Shown piece after piece: positions 58,469 through 64,000 of a stretch of DNA of 64,000 nucleotides; the stretch's first letter is position 1; each line of letters starts with the position of its first letter. The notes beneath the pieces were generated by a model. The model ran no database searches. It was not told the DNA's origin and saw only the letters and a program-made list of their open reading frames with translations. Origin of the DNA: an uncultured Methanolobus sp. (lineage in GTDB: Archaea; Halobacteriota; Methanosarcinia; Methanosarcinales; Methanosarcinaceae); NCBI GenBank assembly GCA_963675495.1, contig OY776215.1:2112001-2176000 (forward strand), given 5' to 3'. The position numbers and the translations under genes are program-made.

Positions 58469-58894
58469 ATGCAGGAAATGACCGGTCTGGAGCTATCTCC
58501 TAAAAAGGTTGAGTATATGAAGCTCCTTTTGAAAAAAGGTGATCTTGTAAAGACCACTGATATCTCTTCAGAGCTGAATGTGGATCCATCGACATCTACA
58601 AAGACTATAAATGATCTTTCCGAATCTGGTTATGTGGATCATATTCCTTATCGTGGGGTGCGCCTGACTGAAAAAGGCAGGTTGTGTGCTGAGTTCTTCG
58701 TTAACCGGCATAACATATTAAGCCTGATGTTGACTCATTACGGTCTTTCTTCGGAGGAATCCTGTGCTGAAGTCTCCCGGTTTGAAGCATTAGTCTCAAA
58801 ATCTGCAATTGATAAGGTGTGTGGTGCTATGGGTCATCCTACTGTTGGTGTTTGTGGTATGATTAATCATCATTCCTGTGGTTCGCATCATTAA
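58469..58894 (+). CDS. DtxR/MntR-family metal-dependent transcriptional regulator
   Basis: 'DIS..LNV.PST.TK.I..L...GYV.H.PY.GV.LT..G', 'RH.IL...L', 'HP....CG'. Start is 58469 or 58478. Confidence 0.9.
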   Translation: MQEMTGLELSPKKVEYMKLLLKKGDLVKTTDISSELNVDPSTSTKTINDLSESGYVDHIPYRGVRLTEKGRLCAEFFVNRHNILSLMLTHYGLSSEESCAEVSRFEALVSKSAIDKVCGAMGHPTVGVCGMINHHSCGSHH

Positions 58895-58911
58895 ATATTT
58901 AAAGGTTTGAA

Positions 58912-58930
58912 ATTTGGGGCAATACCAAAT
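58912..58930. promoter_or_regulatory. putative DtxR-family operator upstream of znuA
   Basis: ATTTGG-GGCAATA-CCAAAT, a 19-bp interrupted palindrome directly after the TATA-like ATATTTAAA. Confidence 0.55.
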
Positions 58931-58962
58931 AGTTTTGATACAACGCAAAAATGGTGGAATAA

Positions 58963-59967
58963 ATGAAAAGTAAAATAATGGTTTTGATAATACTTCTTTC
59001 GGCTTGTCTTGTTCTGACATCCGGTTGCACAGATACTGGTGCTGATTCCGTTGCAGCACCTGATTCCGACAAAATAATTGTGGTAGTAAGCATAGTTCCG
59101 CAGGCTGAGTTTGTTGAAAAGATAGCAGGTGATAATGCTGAGGTTGTTGTCATGGTTCCTCCGGGAGGAAGTCCACATTCTTATGAACCAACTCCCAGTC
59201 AGCTTACTGATTTGAGTAATGCCGGGATGTATGCAATGGTTGGTTCCGGAATAACTATTGAAGATGTTTTGATGGAAAAAATAACTGATCTGAATCCTGA
59301 TATGCTGCTTGTAGACTGTTCAGAAGGAATTTCTTTAAAGGAAATGGAAGCTCATGATCATGGAGATGAAGCTGAACATGAAGAAGATCATGAAGCTGAA
59401 CATGAAGAAGATCATGAAGAAGATCATGAAGCTGAACATGAAGAAGAACATGAAGCTGAGCATGAAGAAGAACATGCAACAAGTATGGATCCTCATATAT
59501 GGACTTCTCCTGATAACGTAAAAGTAATGGTTGAACATATCTATGAAGGTCTTGTGGAGATCGATCCTGAAAATAAGGCAACTTATTTTGAGAACAAGAA
59601 TGCGTATCTTGAGGAACTGGATGTACTTGACGAGCAAATAAAGGCAACCCTTTCAGGCAAAGAAGGTAGCAGTTTCATGGTCTACCATCCTGCGTGGGGA
59701 TATTTTGCCAATCATTATGATTTGATTCAGGTTCCTGTTGAGATAGAAGGCAAAGAACCAAGTGTCAAGGACATGCAGAACATTATAGATGAAGCAAATG
59801 AGAAAAATATAAAGGTAATTTTCGTTCAATCCGGCTTTAGTACTGTAAGCGCATCTGCGATTGCAAATGAGATAGGCGGTGAGGTTGTGGAAGTGGATCC
59901 GCTTGCAAAGGATTATATAGATAACCTCGTAAAGGTAGCAGAAGCATTTGAAAAAGGACTGGCTTGA
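58963..59967 (+). CDS. znuA: Zn/Mn ABC transporter substrate-binding lipoprotein
   Basis: Lipobox 'TSGC', 'SPHSYEP', His/Glu loop, 'DPHIWTSP', 'YHPAWGYF', 'EGKEP'. Confidence 0.92.
   Translation: MKSKIMVLIILLSACLVLTSGCTDTGADSVAAPDSDKIIVVVSIVPQAEFVEKIAGDNAEVVVMVPPGGSPHSYEPTPSQLTDLSNAGMYAMVGSGITIEDVLMEKITDLNPDMLLVDCSEGISLKEMEAHDHGDEAEHEEDHEAEHEEDHEEDHEAEHEEEHEAEHEEEHATSMDPHIWTSPDNVKVMVEHIYEGLVEIDPENKATYFENKNAYLEELDVLDEQIKATLSGKEGSSFMVYHPAWGYFANHYDLIQVPVEIEGKEPSVKDMQNIIDEANEKNIKVIFVQSGFSTVSASAIANEIGGEVVEVDPLAKDYIDNLVKVAEAFEKGLA
59365..59475 (+). repeat. 12-bp tandem repeat encoding (HEED/HEAE/HEEE)n
   Basis: Eight CATGAAG(A/C)(A/T)GA(A/T/G) units at 59377-59472, plus flanking partial units. 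Confidence 0.95.
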
Positions 59968-59968
59968 A

Positions 59969-60718
59969 ATGGAAGATGTGATCGAACTTAAGGATATATG
60001 GGTAAGCTATGATGGTGTTCGTGTTTTGGAGTCTGTCTCTCTCACTGTTAAAGACAAGGATTTTCTAGCCATCCTGGGCCCTAATGGAGGAGGCAAAAGT
60101 ACTCTTTTGAGGGTAATTCTTGGTTTGATCAAACCTGATAAGGGCACAGTCAAGCTTCTGGGCGGGAATCCTAAGGATATGAGGAAGTATGTGGGGTATG
60201 TTCCACAGTACCATTCATCAAACCTTGATTTTCCGATCACTGTGTTTGATGTTGTACTTATGGGGTGTCTGGGCCACAAAGGCCCTCTTCAGAGGTATAA
60301 TGAGGATGACCGCAATGCAGCAATTAAAGCCCTTGAGACGGTTGGGATGCTTGAATTCAAGAATCGCCAGATAGGTGAGCTTTCAGGTGGTCAGAAACAA
60401 AGGGTTTTCATTGCCCGGTCACTCGTTACAAAACCCAAATTGTTAATACTGGATGAACCGTCCACAGGTATAGATTCCAAGATGCAAAAAGAGTTCTATG
60501 AGCTTCTCAACAGGCTCAAATCCGAGATTGCGATCATAATGGTCACTCATGACATCAGTGCTGTTTCAGTGTATGTCGATAAGATTGGTTGCCTGAATCG
60601 GAAGTTCCACTACCATGACTCCAAGGAAATAAGTCCGCATGATCTGGAAGTATCGTACCAGTGTCCGATCGAGCTAATCGCTCACGGTGTGCCGCACAGG
60701 GTATTAAAAGAGCATTGA
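59969..60718 (+). CDS. znuC: Zn/Mn ABC transporter ATP-binding protein
   Basis: 'GPNGGGKST', 'GYVPQ', 'LSGGQKQR', 'LDEP', 'VTHD'. ATG at 59969. Confidence 0.92.
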   Translation: MEDVIELKDIWVSYDGVRVLESVSLTVKDKDFLAILGPNGGGKSTLLRVILGLIKPDKGTVKLLGGNPKDMRKYVGYVPQYHSSNLDFPITVFDVVLMGCLGHKGPLQRYNEDDRNAAIKALETVGMLEFKNRQIGELSGGQKQRVFIARSLVTKPKLLILDEPSTGIDSKMQKEFYELLNRLKSEIAIIMVTHDISAVSVYVDKIGCLNRKFHYHDSKEISPHDLEVSYQCPIELIAHGVPHRVLKEH

Positions 60719-60719
60719 G

Positions 60720-61544
60720 GTGAACAGTATGCTTGAAATACTCCAGTATGATTTCATGAGGAATGCTATTTTTGCCGCAATTCTGGCGAGTATCGCATGT
60801 GGTATAATTGGCGTCTATGTAGTTGTCAAAAAGATAGTTTTCATAAGTGGTGGTATCACCCACGCATCCTTTGGTGGTATCGGTCTAGGGTACTACCTTG
60901 GAATCAATCCGCTATACGGCCTTATTCCTTTCAGTCTGTTTTCAGCACTTGTTATGGGTCTTGTGAGTAAACGCTCAAAAGTGGCTGAAGACACTGCTAT
61001 AGGCATACTCTGGTCACTGGGAATGGCCATAGGTATTATTCTGATATACTGGACTCCCGGCTATGCGCCTGATCTTATGACCTATCTTTTTGGTAATATC
61101 CTGACGGTGCCAATGTCTGATATTTATCTTATGCTGGGTCTGGATTTTGTTATTATCTTTGTTGTATACGCTTTCTATAAACAATTCATGGCACTTTGTT
61201 TTGATGAAGAGTTTACAACGGTCGCAGGCTTGTCCGTAGAGAAACTTTACTTACTCCTGCTTTGCCTGATAGCACTAACAATAGTACTGTTGATCAAGGT
61301 AGTAGGTATTATTCTTATTATTGCACTTCTTACTATGCCAGCATCCCTGAGCAGACATTACACTAATGATCTTGGGAAGATGATGTACCTTGCAATATTC
61401 TTTGGTATAACTTTCAGCATCGTAGGATTGTCACTATCCTATTTGTTCGATGCTCCTTCAGGTGCGACAATCATCCTGGTGATGTCTTCCGTCTATATAC
61501 TGCACTTCCTGTATGACGGATTAAAACCAAAAATAGCAGCTTAA
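60720..61544 (+). CDS. znuB: Zn/Mn ABC transporter permease
   Basis: 'GITHASFGG', 'EDTAIG', 'YLFGNIL', 'FDEEF', 'PSGATII'. Confidence 0.92.
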   Translation: MNSMLEILQYDFMRNAIFAAILASIACGIIGVYVVVKKIVFISGGITHASFGGIGLGYYLGINPLYGLIPFSLFSALVMGLVSKRSKVAEDTAIGILWSLGMAIGIILIYWTPGYAPDLMTYLFGNILTVPMSDIYLMLGLDFVIIFVVYAFYKQFMALCFDEEFTTVAGLSVEKLYLLLLCLIALTIVLLIKVVGIILIIALLTMPASLSRHYTNDLGKMMYLAIFFGITFSIVGLSLSYLFDAPSGATIILVMSSVYILHFLYDGLKPKIAA

Positions 61545-62219
61545 CTATTTCGTTAAGTTGTTTTTTATTTTCGCAAGAACAAGGAGTGCATCTTCTCTTT
61601 TTACGTCACACTCATTCTCTGTGCAGAATTTGAGAAGTCTATTTGCTTTATCCTCGGGGACTAGCCCTTCCCTTGAAGCTTGCTTTGTAATCCCAAAGTA
61701 ACTTCTTTCCGTGTAATGCGTACGTTTGGCAAGTTCGGTTATGCGCCTGAATTCATCATTATCGATGAGACTGGACTTAAGAGCTGCCTTAAAAGTTTCC
61801 CGTATATTTACCATGGGGCTTGATACTGGTTCAAATGTATCTGGATTTGTAGCAACGGCTACTTCATCATCATCTTCAATGACTCCGTCCCTGTACCATT
61901 CATATATCCGTCCCACACCGGTCATTCCATGTACGTCGAGTTCAGAAGCCCGAAGGGCTCCCATACTGCATCCACCAATGACTTCCATTCCTTCTTTTAT
62001 CGCCCTGATTATTTCCTTGTGGGCCACAGCCGCTCTGCTAAAAAAAATGCCATCGATGATGCCAATTACAGTGTACCCCTGCTCCATGGCCTTCTCAATG
62101 TCGCCTCTGGATATGGGTGGCCAGTATGTTGCATCGAGGACTTCTGCAGCATCTTCGTGGCTTATGCTTGTACCTGCAAACACCAGGATCTTGGGATGAA
62201 TTCTCGTATTTTGATTCAT
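61545..62219 (-). CDS. tfuA: TfuA-related McrA-glycine thioamidation protein
   Basis: 'PPI.RGD', 'IIDG.F', 'HKEI', 'SMGALRASEL', 'DDDEVA'. ATGA overlap with the ycaO stop. Confidence 0.93.
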   Translation of the reverse strand: MNQNTRIHPKILVFAGTSISHEDAAEVLDATYWPPISRGDIEKAMEQGYTVIGIIDGIFFSRAAVAHKEIIRAIKEGMEVIGGCSMGALRASELDVHGMTGVGRIYEWYRDGVIEDDDEVAVATNPDTFEPVSSPMVNIRETFKAALKSSLIDNDEFRRITELAKRTHYTERSYFGITKQASREGLVPEDKANRLLKFCTENECDVKREDALLVLAKIKNNLTK

Positions 62220-63493
62220 TTTCGGCGTCCGGTTCTCCAAGGCCTGTCCTCTGGTGCCAGTTTCTTCTTTTTCCCTGACTTTGCCCTCATTCCCACGCGC
62301 TCTCTGTCGAGTGTGTACATCTCAAAGGAGGGGATAATCACTCTAACAACCGGAACAGGTATGCTTTCTCTTGACATGTCCACAACTATAGCACAGTTTG
62401 CAATTTCCTTCAATTGTTCCAGTACGACATCAATACTTTCGGCAGGTGTGTTTCTTGACAGGTCTTTGAGATCATGCATGGATGTTTGTTCCTCGTCCGC
62501 ATACCAGTATTTGTTCATGCGTTTTATTCTGTCATATCCAATTTCCCTGACAAACTTCTCTCGCTCGGTGTCCTCTCTGGCACCGTGTATTTGCACAACT
62601 CTTGACTGGGCGGCTTCCGTCAATGCCCTTCTTACTGCAATTTCCGGATTAAGGTGTGCTCCTGCACCCATCACAAGAAGTGCTGCATCTTTGAGCTTAA
62701 TGTCATCGGTAACAGCGACCACAGTTGTTATTTTGGTATCATGGGGTAATGCCCATAATTTGACAGCAACTTCATTGTCGGTGAACTTACGTAGGATCTC
62801 GTAGTTTTCACCATCATTTTCTGTAAGTATTATCTCTTTTCCGGGATTGCGATTGAACTCTGCTATGCTAAGGGCATCCCTTTCGATGACTTCCAGCAGT
62901 CCATGAAATATTGCTTCCTCTATGGTATTTCCTGCGGCAAGTCCGTTAGTGTTGCTTCGGAATAACTTTGATGTTCTGCCTGGGGCATCATACGGGTGGT
63001 ATACTGCATTGGCAGGGACAAAGATCTCCTCGTTTTTAAAGAGGTCCCAGCCGCTTATCCATTCTACAAATGCCTGTGGGCTGTAATCCTCGGCTATAAG
63101 GAGGAGTGTTGGATCGATAGTTCGGTGGTTTTGTCCCATGGATACAAAGTTATCTATAATGTGCTGGGCTTTGATGTCTTCTTCCACATCATTATTTAGT
63201 CCATTCCTTTCTGCCAGACACCGTTCAAAACTCTCCATAATTGCGGATATTCTTGCCTGATTCTCGGTGTTGCCTTTTCCTGAATAGACTGATATGGCTC
63301 CTTCTGCAGCGCTAGGTCGGATAGTTGAAATGACGGGAATACCGACCCTGTCAAGGTCAGTGATGCTGGCAACCCTTGTAACTCCTATCTGTTTGGAATT
63401 ATCGTTTACTTTTTCAAGGGTATTTTTTTCATCAAAGACTCGCTGAGTTCCTTCGATATATGTAAGTGTTCTGTCGATGTTTAGCTCTGGCAT
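62216..63493 (-). CDS. ycaO: YcaO-related McrA-glycine thioamidation protein
   Basis: 'GVTR...IT.LDR.GIPV', 'SGKG', 'SAIMESFER', 'SNTNGLAAG', 'LEVIERD', 'RALTEAAQSR', 'PVVRVIIP'. Confidence 0.95.
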   Translation of the reverse strand: MPELNIDRTLTYIEGTQRVFDEKNTLEKVNDNSKQIGVTRVASITDLDRVGIPVISTIRPSAAEGAISVYSGKGNTENQARISAIMESFERCLAERNGLNNDVEEDIKAQHIIDNFVSMGQNHRTIDPTLLLIAEDYSPQAFVEWISGWDLFKNEEIFVPANAVYHPYDAPGRTSKLFRSNTNGLAAGNTIEEAIFHGLLEVIERDALSIAEFNRNPGKEIILTENDGENYEILRKFTDNEVAVKLWALPHDTKITTVVAVTDDIKLKDAALLVMGAGAHLNPEIAVRRALTEAAQSRVVQIHGAREDTEREKFVREIGYDRIKRMNKYWYADEEQTSMHDLKDLSRNTPAESIDVVLEQLKEIANCAIVVDMSRESIPVPVVRVIIPSFEMYTLDRERVGMRAKSGKKKKLAPEDRPWRTGRRK

Positions 63494-63598
63494 GGTTAGC
63501 GAAAGTCTCCTGCATATATTATATTTCTTACGACAAAGGCTCTCTGTGCTTAAGTAAATGTTATATAGTGCGGCGCAAGTGTGTAAAAGGGGTTTTAT

Positions 63599-64000
63599 AT
63601 GAAAGTTAAATCATTAATGATTTTGATTGTGATTTGTATCGTTGGGATCTCTGGTTGTACTGATTCAAGCACTGGGGATGATATGATGCCATCGGATGTT
63701 GAAGAAGACAGTATGTCTGAAGAAACAGTAACCGATGAAGCGGATATGCAGGAATCTAGTCCTGATGCTTCATCTCTTTTCTCTGCTTTTACGGAGAATG
63801 GTGCTTACAAGGAATGGTCTATATGGCCCGGTAAGGAAGCAATGATGGATGGGACTGGAGTTCATGGTGATTACGTTTCTATATATGTGTCCGACAATGC
63901 TCTGTCTTCCGCAGAAACAGGTGGGGCAACAATGCCATATGAGGCAATGGTCGTGAAAGAAGGTTTTAATTCCGATGAAGAGCTAACGGGGCTTTATCTT
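63599..64000 (+). CDS. lipoprotein with cytochrome P460/c'-beta-like domain (3' end lies outside the window; absent from the ORF track)
   Basis: Hand translation: MKVKSLMILIVICIVGISGC-acidic linker-YKEWSIWPG...HGDYVSIYVSDNA...MPYEAMVVKEGF. Frame is open to the window end. The CxxCH motif is not visible. Confidence 0.6.
   Translation, partial: MKVKSLMILIVICIVGISGCTDSSTGDDMMPSDVEEDSMSEETVTDEADMQESSPDASSLFSAFTENGAYKEWSIWPGKEAMMDGTGVHGDYVSIYVSDNALSSAETGGATMPYEAMVVKEGFNSDEELTGLYL

Noticed and set aside
59255-59647. Antisense ORFs with striking LLH/FFM repeats
   Set aside because: These are shadow frames of the 12-bp His/Glu repeat in znuA.
61929-62804. 291-aa plus-strand ORF, and many other 60-180-aa overlapping ORFs in the track
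   Set aside because: They are antisense or out-of-frame shadows of well-supported genes such as tfuA and ycaO, with no recognisable motifs.
61545-63493. ycaO-tfuA as a novel RiPP cluster
   Set aside because: This is the established methanogen McrA thioglycine machinery. No precursor peptide or other RiPP genes are adjacent.

Overview
A 64-kb, gene-dense (~40% GC) chromosomal segment from a methanogenic archaeon of the family Methanosarcinaceae, probably Methanolobus-like (genus is an inference). It holds the complete mtrEDCBAFGH operon, cofE, ycaO-tfuA (McrA thioamidation), nrdH-nrdD-nrdG, secD/secF/Sec61beta/srp19, elp3, a divergent RFC small subunit, radB, trmI, purM, lysC, apgM, thiL and mtnA. 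It also holds a PKD + S-layer-domain surface protein, an SsuA/TauA-type ABC transporter, a DUF134/Mrp/NifX/Fe-S-ATPase cluster and a DtxR-family regulator with a ZnuACB-type transporter. I saw no tRNA, rRNA, CRISPR array, transposase or integrase. Found by reading the DNA and missing from the ORF track: a box C/D guide sRNA whose D' guide matches 23S helix 69, a Sec61beta gene, an apparent ATA start codon for radB, paired TTGG-N7-CCAA operators around the DtxR gene, a structured intergenic RNA candidate, and a truncated cytochrome-P460-like lipoprotein at the window end. The best candidates for undescribed systems are: (1) a translationally coupled U32 Fe-S protein plus Cys-rich partner directly upstream of mtr; (2) a SAMHD1-type HD dNTPase fused to a YwgA/SocA-like winged-helix domain; (3) a wHTH + MinD/ParA + membrane-protein cassette beside repeated palindromes. 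All family assignments come from motif recognition by eye; no database search was run.
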